Virus record (IMG/VR): IMGVR_UViG_3300040801_002123
Coordinates: 1 to 39,901 of that record
Strand: one strand, 5' to 3'
Origin: a virus
DNA: 39,901 nt
Of the stretch, positions 1-8,071 are shown piece by piece. A program made the translations under genes and the position numbers. Numbering within the stretch: position 1 is the stretch's first letter; the number at the start of each line of letters is the position of its first letter. The notes under the pieces are model-generated. The model did not search any database and was not told the origin of the DNA. It saw nothing but the letters and a program-made list of their open reading frames with translations.

Positions 1-117
1 TCGGCCAGCGTCATGCTGTTCTTGGCCATGAAGTCGGCCAGGCGCTTGAGCAGTGGGTGCTCGCTCAGTTCGTAGATCTGAGACCACTCACCATCAGGCA
101 CCGTGCCCTCGATCTCA
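1..117. repeat. Terminal direct repeat, copy 1. Identical to nt 39785-39901, consistent with an assembly overlap of a circular or terminally redundant molecule.
   Basis: Base-by-base reading: tcggccagcgtcatgctgttcttggcc...gtgccctcgatctca occurs at both ends. Confidence 0.9.
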
Positions 118-779
118 TCATCCAGGCCGCCGGCGGGATCCCGCCGCACGCGCGCCAGGTGAAAGGCGCCCTCGCGGTCGTAGTACCAGACCGGCGTCTT
201 CTGGCGTACCCCGTCCTGCGCGATCGCCAGGATCATGTCCTCGATCAGCGCCTGCACATTGGCCTGAGTGTGCGCCCGCAGATCCCGCAACAGATCGGGA
301 TCCCTGCGCTCGAAGGCCACCAGGTGCTTGAGCAGCAGCTCGGCGCGCACCAGGCACGCCCCGTAATCGAGGCAGTCCAGCGTCTCCAGGTGCGCGCAGC
401 CGGTGCAGTGGGGGTACTTGCCGGGCTTAGCGGGGAAATAGGCCGCCGTCTTCGCATGCAGCCCGTGCTTCATGGCGTTGAATCTAGTCCGCTGGGCCTC
501 CTCGGGGGTGGGGTGCCCCGCCAGGTTCTCGGCGACCTTCGCCTTACCCTCCGGCGTGCGCGGGCCGGTCGCCTTGACGTAGGCCGCCATCAGCCCCTTC
601 TCCCACCCGGCCTGGGGGGCCTCGGCCTCGCAGTCCGGACAGACGGCGAAGTACACCCAGGGGTGCCAATCCCGCTCCGGCGCATCCTCGACCCGATCCG
701 GCGCGCGAGCAAAGGCGTGCCCGCACGCCTTGCAGCGGAAGCTCACACGATCGAGGGGGTCCGTGCGCGGCTCTGCCAT
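1..779 (-). CDS. N-terminal part of a junction-spanning ORF. Putative small terminase / DNA-packaging protein with an N-terminal zinc-ribbon. It continues in nt 39568-39784, for about 331 aa in total.
   Basis: My own translation from ATG 779 is open to nt 1: MAEPRTDPLDRVSFRCKACGHAF...CPDCEAE...RFNAMKHGLHAK. It is in frame with the 39568..39885 ORF (779-101 is a multiple of 3). It sits immediately upstream of TerL. The ORF track misses it because it runs off the window edge. The function is assigned by position only. Confidence 0.5.
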   Translation of the reverse strand, partial: MAEPRTDPLDRVSFRCKACGHAFARAPDRVEDAPERDWHPWVYFAVCPDCEAEAPQAGWEKGLMAAYVKATGPRTPEGKAKVAENLAGHPTPEEAQRTRFNAMKHGLHAKTAAYFPAKPGKYPHCTGCAHLETLDCLDYGACLVRAELLLKHLVAFERRDPDLLRDLRAHTQANVQALIEDMILAIAQDGVRQKTPVWYYDREGAFHLARVRRDPAGGLDDEIEGTVPDGEWSQIYELSEHPLLKRLADFMAKNSMTLA

Positions 780-842
780 CGCGCCACACTGTAGGCGCGA
801 TGCCCAGACCGATTAAGGGCCAGCGGTGGCGGGCTCAGGGCC

Positions 843-2465
843 CTACGCAGCCGACCTAACCAGACCCGGAGGCATCGCGATGGTCACCACCCGGGTTCGC
901 GGCAAGTCCGGCTCGGGGAGCCACTCCACCTTGCTATGAACCGCCCCGCCAGGGGCCATCACGAACTTGGCTGGGTCGTACTCAATCGAGAGCATCGGTC
1001 CGAGCTTGATCGCCACGATGAAGTCCGAATAGAACGCCCTGACTCGCCTCGGGTCCTTCGTTTGATCCAGCACCTGCAGGATCGACTCCCGCAGAGCCTC
1101 CACCTCATCAGGACTGACCGCCGGCGCTGGCGCCTCCGCCGCGTCGATCACCGCGATCTCGCCGCCGAGCCGCTGCAGCTCGGCGTTGTTCTCGCGCAAC
1201 CTGCGCGTAAGGTCGCCAAGATTCGGAGTATCAGGGCCGTGGGCCTCTAGCAGCTTGTAAAGGTTGGACTGGGCCGCCTCTACGGACCGCATCTGTCTCA
1301 GCACAGCCGATCTAGCGGCACCCTGCTTCTTCGCCCATGCACTGCATACCTGGGCCAGCTCATCCACCACGCCGTGCAGTCGATCCGCGCTGAGGGCTTC
1401 CTCCTGTATCTGCGCGGCGAGCCAAGTCTCTAGCTCGCGCGCGGCGATCCTCCTGACCTTGTGGGTGCGCTCAAGCGTCGCCGCCCTGCAGGTGTAGTAG
1501 TAGTACCTCCGATTCCGCCCGGTGGCACTCTCGATCTGCATCGGCGCCCCACACTCACAACGCAGCAGGCCCGTGAACAGAAAAGTGCTGTTGTGGGCCG
1601 ACCCTGCCTGCGACGTCGGCGCGTCCTCCCTCACTCTTTTCTGCACCGCCTCCCATAGCTCAGCCCCGATTATCGGGCGGTGACTCTGCACGATGATCCA
1701 GTCCTCTCGCGGTCGCTGGCGTCCAGTGTGTCGATCCTTACGATTGAATATCAGGCGACCGAGCACGGCCTCACTGTGTAGCAGGTAGTGAATCACTGTC
1801 TTGTTCCAGCGCCGGCCGCGGTTGGTGCTGCCTCTATCATTTAGCACCCGAGCGATCGCCCTCGCACCCATCAAATTCTGCGCGCGCATCTGGAATATCT
1901 CGCGGACCAGCCCCGCTTCTTCTGGGTGAGGCTCCAGCCGCCGGCGCTTCGGATTGTCGGGTGCAGCGACTGGCCGGTACCCGAAGGGCGCGCAGCCTCC
2001 GTTCCAATACCCCATCTCCGCATTGCGTATCAGGCTGCGCCGAGTATCCATAGAGGTCTGCACACTCTTGTGCTCATCGAACAGCTCGAGCAGGCCATCC
2101 ATCATCCGACCGAACTCACTGTCCCGGTCGACCGCCAGCGAGAGATAAATCAGCTTGGTCCCGACCTCATCCAGTCGATGCTTTGAGAGCACCGCGTCAA
2201 CCTTGTTTCGAGCGAACCTGGATGAGCTCCAGCAAATAAACAGATCCACACCCCGGATCTCGCAATATTCGAGAGCCGCACGGAAGGCATCGCGGGCGGT
2301 CACTGAGCGCCCGGTTTTTCCTCCGTCCACGAACTCGCGCAGCACCGTGGCGCCGAGCTCGTTCGCCTTGCGCCGACCATGCTCCAGCTGAGCCGGGATA
2401 GATATCTCCCCCTCTACCTGCTTACGGTCGGACACCCTCGCATAGATGATCGCGGTCTTCGTCAT
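843..2465 (-). CDS. Large serine recombinase (phage integrase type).
   Basis: 540 aa. N-terminal resolvase catalytic domain (TAIIYARVSDRKQ). Central recombinase domain. Cys-rich zinc-ribbon (RCECGAPM...RRYYYYTCR). C-terminal coiled-coil. G+C is visibly lower than in neighbouring genes. Confidence 0.85.
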   Translation of the reverse strand: MTKTAIIYARVSDRKQVEGEISIPAQLEHGRRKANELGATVLREFVDGGKTGRSVTARDAFRAALEYCEIRGVDLFICWSSSRFARNKVDAVLSKHRLDEVGTKLIYLSLAVDRDSEFGRMMDGLLELFDEHKSVQTSMDTRRSLIRNAEMGYWNGGCAPFGYRPVAAPDNPKRRRLEPHPEEAGLVREIFQMRAQNLMGARAIARVLNDRGSTNRGRRWNKTVIHYLLHSEAVLGRLIFNRKDRHTGRQRPREDWIIVQSHRPIIGAELWEAVQKRVREDAPTSQAGSAHNSTFLFTGLLRCECGAPMQIESATGRNRRYYYYTCRAATLERTHKVRRIAARELETWLAAQIQEEALSADRLHGVVDELAQVCSAWAKKQGAARSAVLRQMRSVEAAQSNLYKLLEAHGPDTPNLGDLTRRLRENNAELQRLGGEIAVIDAAEAPAPAVSPDEVEALRESILQVLDQTKDPRRVRAFYSDFIVAIKLGPMLSIEYDPAKFVMAPGGAVHSKVEWLPEPDLPRTRVVTIAMPPGLVRSAA

Positions 2466-2475
2466 GGTGGCAATC

Positions 2476-2817
2476 CTATCGCCCCGTCTTGAGTCGGTTG
2501 ATGTGGCGGACGCTCACCGGCTCACACCCCTCGCGGAGTAGGGCCTGGCGAATCTCCTTCGCGCTGAGATCCTCTGCGGCGAGCTCGCGCACTCGTTGAT
2601 TCCGCCGGAAGCGGAGGTAGCTGATCAGCATCGGGACACGGATGCGCGCCTGGTCGCGCCCTGCCGGGGCCGCCAAGTTCTCCTCGTCGAGGATCCGCCA
2701 CATGCGCAAAAAGGCCTCCGCACCGATCGCCTCGGCGATTCTGACCCAGCGCTGGCCGAGCCCGAACGCCTGCAGCTCGGCCAGCAACGCGGCGTCGTCG
2801 CGCGGCGCCGTAAGCAA
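2476..2817 (-). CDS. Mor/C-like HTH transcription activator (putative late activator). Start uncertain.
   Basis: The C-terminal segment IRVPMLISYLRFRRNQRVRELAAEDLSAKEIRQALLREGCEPVSVRHINRL resembles the Mor family HTH. The N-terminal roughly 70 codons of the listed 186-aa ORF are Pro/Gly/Arg-rich, have weaker third-position G+C, and cover repeats read in different frames. I therefore rejected GTG 3036 and took TTG 2817. ATG 2703 is an alternative. Confidence 0.5.
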   Translation of the reverse strand: MLTAPRDDAALLAELQAFGLGQRWVRIAEAIGAEAFLRMWRILDEENLAAPAGRDQARIRVPMLISYLRFRRNQRVRELAAEDLSAKEIRQALLREGCEPVSVRHINRLKTGR

Positions 2818-2920
2818 AAACCTGTGCAGACTGCAGAAATCCGGGTACCCACCCCCCCCTGGGGGCAGCGGGGAGCCCTCTGCCGACCCCCCACCCCTGG
2901 CCTGCCTGGTGGCCCGGGCT

Positions 2921-2934
2921 GGGGCCTGGGGCTG
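2921..2934. repeat. Left arm of a 14-bp perfect inverted repeat, GGGGCCTGGGGCTG. Partner at 3110-3123.
   Basis: Read directly. The reverse complement of 3110-3123 (CAGCCCCAGGCCCC) equals 2921-2934. Confidence 0.85.
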
Positions 2935-2945
2935 AATTCCGTCCG

Positions 2946-3025
2946 CTGAGCTGCGCCTTTCAGGCACTGGAACCACGCTCGGCGGCCGGCAGACCGCGCC
3001 CCTGCCCTCCCTGAGCTGCGCCTTT
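2946..3025. repeat. Two 15-bp direct repeats, CTGAGCTGCGCCTTT, at 2946-2960 and 3011-3025. Both lie inside the IR-bounded segment.
   Basis: Read directly. The two copies fall in different reading frames of the overlapping ORF, which argues for a cis-acting site rather than coding sequence. Confidence 0.8.
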
Positions 3026-3109
3026 TGACGAAACACGCAGCTGGGGCAGTTCTACATCGCTAACGATACAGCCCGTTTTCATTCGCAGTTACCGAATGTC
3101 GCGGACCCG

Positions 3110-3123
3110 CAGCCCCAGGCCCC
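3110..3123. repeat. Right arm of the 14-bp perfect inverted repeat. Partner at 2921-2934.
   Basis: Read directly. Confidence 0.85.
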
Positions 3124-3193
3124 TCTCAGACCAGTGCTAGGGGTGGGGTCTGTGGGTTCTGTATCGGAGTTGGGGGAGCTCAAGGGGGCCGCC

Positions 3194-4198
3194 TCAGTCC
3201 TGGTCGAGTCTCCGCACCAGGTCGGAGACCGGGGAGCGGATCTTTCGCATGGGTGACGCCTGGTCGATGGCCTGTGTCTTCTTCCTGAGCGCGAGCTGGG
3301 TGTAGATCTGAGTGGAGCTCGGGTCCTCATGGCCCATGAGGTCCTGCTGCACCAGCAGGTGGACGTCCGATTCGGTGAGCTCAGTCCCGAACAGATGGCG
3401 GAGGGCATGCGGGTGGAGCTCGTCAGCGGGGATGCCGGCCTGCTCGCCATAGCGCTTGATCCGCCTGAGCACGTTCAGGGGGCGCACCCGCCGAGCCTCG
3501 CCGTGGTACTCATGCGGCGGCACCGTCCTGTTCTTGGTGCTGGCGAACAGCACGCGATCACCATTCGGGAGGGTGCGATCGATCCCCTCGAGCTCGGCGT
3601 GCCCGAGGTATGCGTGCAGCAGCATGGCCGTCTCGGCCGGCGCCGGCACCAGGCGCTCCTTGTTGGCCTTCTCGCTGAACCGAATGATCAGGCGCTCGCG
3701 CCGCTGATCGTCCAGGCGCCACAGGAGATCCCCCTCATTCAGCGCGCACAGCCCCGAGATCCTCGGTCCGCAGCCCAAGAGCACGGCGAGCATCGCGGCA
3801 TCGCGGACCCCGACGAACGTCTCCATATCGCAGCGCATCAGCAGCCTCTCCGCGTGCTGCAGGCTCATCGCCACGGGCAGCGGCTTGCCGGCGAGGGGCG
3901 TCTCGATGGCCTGGGCCTGGTTGTCCTTCGTGAGCCCGACCCTAAGTGCCCAGCCATAGAACCCTCGCACGGCCGAGACCAGCGGCCGCCGTGCACGAGG
4001 CGAGAGCTTGAGTTCCGAGTGCGCATGGATCCCGGTGAACGCGTCGAGCTGCTGCTGGGTGGCCTCCAGCAGACCCGTGGAGGCCTGCGCGAGAAAGGCC
4101 TGTAGGCGCTCCAGTGTCAGGCGGTACTTCGCCGCGGTGCGCTCCGAGCGCCCCTTGTTGTGCACCAGGTGCTCTAGGTATCGGTCGATAAGGTCCAT
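3194..4198 (-). CDS. Tyrosine recombinase, XerC/XerD-like integrase.
   Basis: 334 aa. N-terminal core-binding domain (RYLEHLVHNKGRSERTAAKYRLTLERLQAFL). Catalytic Arg (GCGPRISGL). HxxR (HPHALRH). His (LMGHEDPSST). Tyr nucleophile (TQIYTQL). Confidence 0.88.
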   Translation of the reverse strand: MDLIDRYLEHLVHNKGRSERTAAKYRLTLERLQAFLAQASTGLLEATQQQLDAFTGIHAHSELKLSPRARRPLVSAVRGFYGWALRVGLTKDNQAQAIETPLAGKPLPVAMSLQHAERLLMRCDMETFVGVRDAAMLAVLLGCGPRISGLCALNEGDLLWRLDDQRRERLIIRFSEKANKERLVPAPAETAMLLHAYLGHAELEGIDRTLPNGDRVLFASTKNRTVPPHEYHGEARRVRPLNVLRRIKRYGEQAGIPADELHPHALRHLFGTELTESDVHLLVQQDLMGHEDPSSTQIYTQLALRKKTQAIDQASPMRKIRSPVSDLVRRLDQD

Positions 4199-4237
4199 TG
4201 ATCAGCAAACCCCCTCGCAAGGGAGGGCGGGGAAATC

Positions 4238-4612
4238 GACCCGCGAACCCGCGCACCCCACCCGCAACAGGCCTAAGTGTTTGATCAGAAAATACAAGTA
4301 CCTGCGCGGAACTGCGCGGGTTAGCCCTCGAGGAAGAGGCCAACCCGCGCACCGCCTGGCTTCCTCCGCCGCTAACCCGCGCACCGCGCCCGCTCCATTT
4401 TCCCCTCCCTTCTCTCTGCCTTTCTCTCTCTAATCATATAGATAGAGAGAGAGAGTAAGGCGAACCCGCGAAAACGGGGTTGCGCACAAATCGAGCAAAC
4501 CCGCGCACTCGCAGACCTAACCCGCGCAGCTGAGAGCACGACTCGCGCAGCGACCCTCTCAAGGATCAATGACTTAGCTCGCAAAAGGCACCCGGTGCGC
4601 GGGTTAGCGGCG
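4238..4612. repeat. Iteron field with eight copies of AACCCGCGCA(C/G). Direct copies at 4246, 4342, 4374, 4463 (variant), 4498 and 4519. Inverted copies at 4312-4322 and 4595-4605. Includes a 20-bp perfect inverted repeat, 4367-4386 / 4593-4612.
   Basis: Counted by hand in the 534-bp non-coding gap between the primase stop (4734) and the integrase start (4198). Confidence 0.85.
4423..4452. repeat. AT-rich palindrome TCTCTCTCTA-(ATCATATAGA)-TAGAGAGAGA, with 10-bp arms and a 10-nt spacer. Candidate DNA-unwinding element or recombinase core site.
   Basis: Read directly. It is the most AT-rich patch of the region and is flanked on both sides by iterons. Confidence 0.7.
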
Positions 4613-4733
4613 ACCTCCCTGCCGACCTTTTCGGAGTTTGGGTCTGGAAAAGCGCTTCCCTCTCGTGCTGTCTCGGTCACTGATAAGTATTCCTAATGAT
4701 GAGCGGCCCCGGATTCGGCGCCGCAGGTCATTC

Positions 4734-7541
4734 TCAGGGGGTCGGGGGGACCGCAGAAGGAGACGCGCCTGGGCCAGGGCCCAGCGCTGAGGAGGGGGGC
4801 GGCGCGAACTCCACCTCGAGCTGCTCGGGCAGGCTCGGGTGCAGCCCGTACTCCTCGAGCTTGTGCAGCGAGAGGGCCAACATGTGGCACTCCCGGCGAC
4901 TCTGGATCGTCGTATCCACCCGCTCACGCAGCACCACCCCAGCGCGCAGCAGCTGGCGCTTCAGCACCCGGTCGCTCTTAACTGGCAGTCCGTTCCACGT
5001 GTCGCGCAGGTGCACGCTGTGCCCCAGGTGGTGCATCACGTGCTGCGCGCGGATCAACAGCACCTCATGCGGCTCGCCCTCCGCATGCAGCTCGCGGAAG
5101 GCGTAGGGGTGGCGATAGTTCCCGCTCGAGATCTCCGCGAACAGCGTCTCCAGTATCCACACCCACGGCTCGCGATCGGCGCTGGTCTCGCTCACATGCC
5201 CGTTCGTCTCGGCCAGCAGGTCGTGCATGAAGTCCCCGTCCTTGGTGTCCATGCCGGCGAACTCCGTCAACAGCCGCCAGGCCGTCAGCACCGCCGCGTA
5301 GTTGTTCAGCATGCGCCTGGCGCCGTCGTCGACGCCCGAGGCCCGCGAGTTGCGCTCCAGATAGCTCAGTGCCCGCGCGTGCAGCTCCTGCACCTGGGCG
5401 CGCGAGTGCCGCGCCAGGAACTGCAGCCACTCCAGCACCGGGAACTTCGGCAGATCCTCCGGCAGCATGTCGCCCTTGCGCCCGGTCAGATCGCAGCGCA
5501 CCACCTTGCCGAGCAGTGAGCGCACGGGCACGTCCTCGCCGGCGAGCACCACCGGCGCGCAGGACAGATACTCCGTCAGGTCCGCGCCGCGGCGCGTGAT
5601 CGTGTACTGATAGGACTCCTGCAGCAGGCTCACTGCCTTATCGATCACCGTCTGCGCCCGAGCCGAGATCTCCTCCCAGCCCACCGGGTGGCTCGTGTGG
5701 GAGATCGACGTAAGCAGGCGGAACTCCGTCTGCAGGCTCTGTCCCGAGAACATGGTGAAATCCAGCGTGCGCTCCAGCTTCTTGATCAGGGTCGATTTCC
5801 CCGACCCTTTGTCCGCCTGCATCACCATGTGCGGCCAGAAGCCCAAAAACGCCTTCAGATGCCCGCCCAGGGCCCAGACCAGCAGCTGCGCCGCCGCGTT
5901 GCCCGAGAACGTACTCTGATAGGCCTGCAGCACCCGGCGCGCATCGCCCCGAGTGCCTGAGTGAAAGGTCAGATTGTGATACGGGCACTGGCGATCGGGC
6001 TCGGTGAAATAGCAGTCCGGCCCCTCGTTCACGATCGCCCGGCCCTGGCGCCACGCCAGGCCCACGAAGTTCACCGCCTCGCGCGCGCCGATGTCGGCGC
6101 CCCGCTCCAGGATGTTCACCAGGCGCAGGAACTGCGCCCGACTGAAGACCGGCCCTAGCTTCTGCCACTGATCCGCGTTATGCAGGCGCTCATCCTCGAA
6201 CACCCGCCGCACCAGGCGATTCCCGTGCCGCGGCGTCTGCACCGTCACCGCGAACATCGTGCGCGGTTGGTGGTCCTGCTCCCCGGTCATGGTGGCCACG
6301 GCACCGGCGATGGTCACCCGCGAGATCCCCGCGATCCGGAACCCACACAGATCCTGGAACTTCAGCTGCGTCTGCCCGTCCTCATCCTCCTCGCGTTTCG
6401 CGACGTAGGTCGTGAAATCCTCCTTGCAGCGGAACCGCCAGTACTGGGCATAGTCGTGCGCCGGCAGGAAGATGCGCCGCGGCCCCTGATAGTTGTCCCC
6501 ACCCGAGACCCCGGGTATGGCCCAGGGCTGCAGCTTTGCGAGCAGGATGCGCAGCTCCTCCTCACCCTCGGCCTGCAGCACGTCGTTGACATCGTTGTAG
6601 CCGCCCAGCTCATCCCACGCCTCCTGGTCGACCAGGTGCGCGGCGATGTTCATCGCCGTCAACTGCTCGTGCAGCTGCCACCCAGCCTCCTGCCCGGGGT
6701 AGCGGCCCGCCTGGGTGGCCTGATCATTGTCCATACAGATCAGCACGCGCTTCCCCTGCAGGAAGCGCCAGTCGCGTCCCTCCAGATTCCCGGCGCCCAA
6801 CACCGCCAGCGCCACCGAGCCGCGCAGCCCCGCCGTCTCGATCGACAGCGCATTGATCGAGCTCTCTACCAGGTAGACCGTGTGCGCCCCCTTGATGCGC
6901 GCATAATCCGGCGTCCACACCTGCCCCAGCTTCTCCCCCTGGATCTGCGTCTTCGTCCCGCCGTTCAGCGCCGGGTCCAGATAGCGGAGATCCACGGCGG
7001 CCACATGGCCCGGGTTCAGTGTGCGCACGATGAAGGCGGCGGCCGGCCCGCCGTGCCCGTGCTCACCCGCAGCCGCCTTGCTCGACGTCCACGCATTGAA
7101 GCCCAGGGTGCCTTTCTTGCGCGCGAGCTCGCAGGCCTCGCGCGATATCCCGCGCGCGGTCAGATACGCGATCGCCGGCTCCGGATCGGCCGCCAGGCAC
7201 TTGGCCGCGATGAACTCCGCCAGCGTCTTCTCGCGCGGCTCGTCGCTCGACTGCGGGCGATCGCGCGGGATCTGATACGCGTCGTGCAGCCAGCGCATCG
7301 CCTCGCCCGCCTCGAGGTCCTGCACGTACATGGCGAGGTCCACGCACGTGCCGCCCTCGCCCGTGCTGTGATCCTTCCAGCGCTGCTCACCGCCGCGGGT
7401 GTAGATCGAGAGGCTCGGACTCTTGTCCGCGTGCTTCGGGCTCTTGTAATTGCCCGCGTTCTTGCCGGGCCGCTCCAGTCCCAGCCGCGCGGCCAGGTCG
7501 TGCAGGTCAATGCGCTGCTTCAGCTCCTCGATCGAGGCCAT
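4734..7541 (-). CDS. Bifunctional DNA primase / helicase (Toprim plus P-loop NTPase, P4 alpha-like architecture).
   Basis: 935 aa. The N-terminal DnaG-type zinc-binding-like segment has its Cys ligands replaced (NYKSPKHADKSPSLSI). Toprim motifs (VYLVESSINALS and VLICMDNDQAT). Walker A (ADKGSGKSTLIKKLE). Confidence 0.8.
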   Translation of the reverse strand: MASIEELKQRIDLHDLAARLGLERPGKNAGNYKSPKHADKSPSLSIYTRGGEQRWKDHSTGEGGTCVDLAMYVQDLEAGEAMRWLHDAYQIPRDRPQSSDEPREKTLAEFIAAKCLAADPEPAIAYLTARGISREACELARKKGTLGFNAWTSSKAAAGEHGHGGPAAAFIVRTLNPGHVAAVDLRYLDPALNGGTKTQIQGEKLGQVWTPDYARIKGAHTVYLVESSINALSIETAGLRGSVALAVLGAGNLEGRDWRFLQGKRVLICMDNDQATQAGRYPGQEAGWQLHEQLTAMNIAAHLVDQEAWDELGGYNDVNDVLQAEGEEELRILLAKLQPWAIPGVSGGDNYQGPRRIFLPAHDYAQYWRFRCKEDFTTYVAKREEDEDGQTQLKFQDLCGFRIAGISRVTIAGAVATMTGEQDHQPRTMFAVTVQTPRHGNRLVRRVFEDERLHNADQWQKLGPVFSRAQFLRLVNILERGADIGAREAVNFVGLAWRQGRAIVNEGPDCYFTEPDRQCPYHNLTFHSGTRGDARRVLQAYQSTFSGNAAAQLLVWALGGHLKAFLGFWPHMVMQADKGSGKSTLIKKLERTLDFTMFSGQSLQTEFRLLTSISHTSHPVGWEEISARAQTVIDKAVSLLQESYQYTITRRGADLTEYLSCAPVVLAGEDVPVRSLLGKVVRCDLTGRKGDMLPEDLPKFPVLEWLQFLARHSRAQVQELHARALSYLERNSRASGVDDGARRMLNNYAAVLTAWRLLTEFAGMDTKDGDFMHDLLAETNGHVSETSADREPWVWILETLFAEISSGNYRHPYAFRELHAEGEPHEVLLIRAQHVMHHLGHSVHLRDTWNGLPVKSDRVLKRQLLRAGVVLRERVDTTIQSRRECHMLALSLHKLEEYGLHPSLPEQLEVEFAPPPSSALGPGPGASPSAVPPTP

Positions 7542-7550
7542 CGGTGGGGA

Positions 7551-7796
7551 CTACTCCGTATCGGGTTTGAGATTATTCCGAGAAATATTCCGCGTCGGCT
7601 CCGGTCCGGCGGGGCCTGCCAGCAGCGGCTCGACCGAGGGGAACAGCGCGTGAGGGACCGCGAATATCCGCTCCGAGAAATCCTCCGGCGCCGCCACGCG
7701 CAGCCGCTGCCCGCCCGGGTAGACCAACTCCATGTAGGCCGGGCGGCGCAGCAATACCGGGATCGGTGGGGGCTTGGGCTGCTCTGGCGCGCTCAT
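7551..7796 (-). CDS. Hypothetical early protein (81 aa).
   Basis: High third-position G+C. ATGA start/stop overlap with the upstream ORF. The stop lies 10 nt before the primase start. Confidence 0.6.
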   Translation of the reverse strand: MSAPEQPKPPPIPVLLRRPAYMELVYPGGQRLRVAAPEDFSERIFAVPHALFPSVEPLLAGPAGPEPTRNISRNNLKPDTE

Positions 7797-8071
7797 CCGC
7801 TGGGCACGTCGTCATCGCTGCCAAGGGACAGCGCCGGCGGTGGGGAGAAGAACCGAGAGCCCTTTCCCGAGCGCGGCGCATCGGCAGCCGCGCGCAGGTG
7901 CTCTACCTCCACCTTGGCGCTGTTGATGATCGTCTGCGCCACCTCGGAACCCGCCTTCGCGCGCCGCAGGCAGGCGTCCAGGCGCTCCTTGTCCTGCGCC
8001 GTATCGGGATCAGCCAGCTCCTCGAGCAGCGCGAACAGGTTATTGCGTAGATCCTCAACCCCGTTCTTCAT
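7793..8071 (-). CDS. Hypothetical early protein (92 aa, helical).
   Basis: Good SD (GGAGAAGGAGAGG) upstream of ATG 8071. Coding-like codon usage. Confidence 0.65.
   Translation of the reverse strand: MKNGVEDLRNNLFALLEELADPDTAQDKERLDACLRRAKAGSEVAQTIINSAKVEVEHLRAAADAPRSGKGSRFFSPPPALSLGSDDDVPSG

Noticed and set aside
2818-3036. N-terminal 73 codons of the 186-aa ORF upstream of the Mor-like domain.
   Set aside because: The stretch is Pro/Gly/Arg-rich with weaker codon bias. It contains one IR arm and both 15-bp direct repeats, and the two direct repeats are read in different frames. I treat it as non-coding regulatory DNA.
3037-3193. tRNA or tRNA-fragment at the candidate att regions. I also looked at 4200-4733.
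   Set aside because: I could not trace a cloverleaf or a GTTCGAATC-type T-loop by eye. No RNA gene is claimed, and a tRNAscan or Infernal run would be needed to be sure.
4372-4680. 102-aa minus-strand ORF, and other ORFs, across the iteron region.
   Set aside because: They run through the repeated 11-mers and the TC/GA palindrome, show no coding-like composition, and occupy a region better explained as cis-acting DNA.
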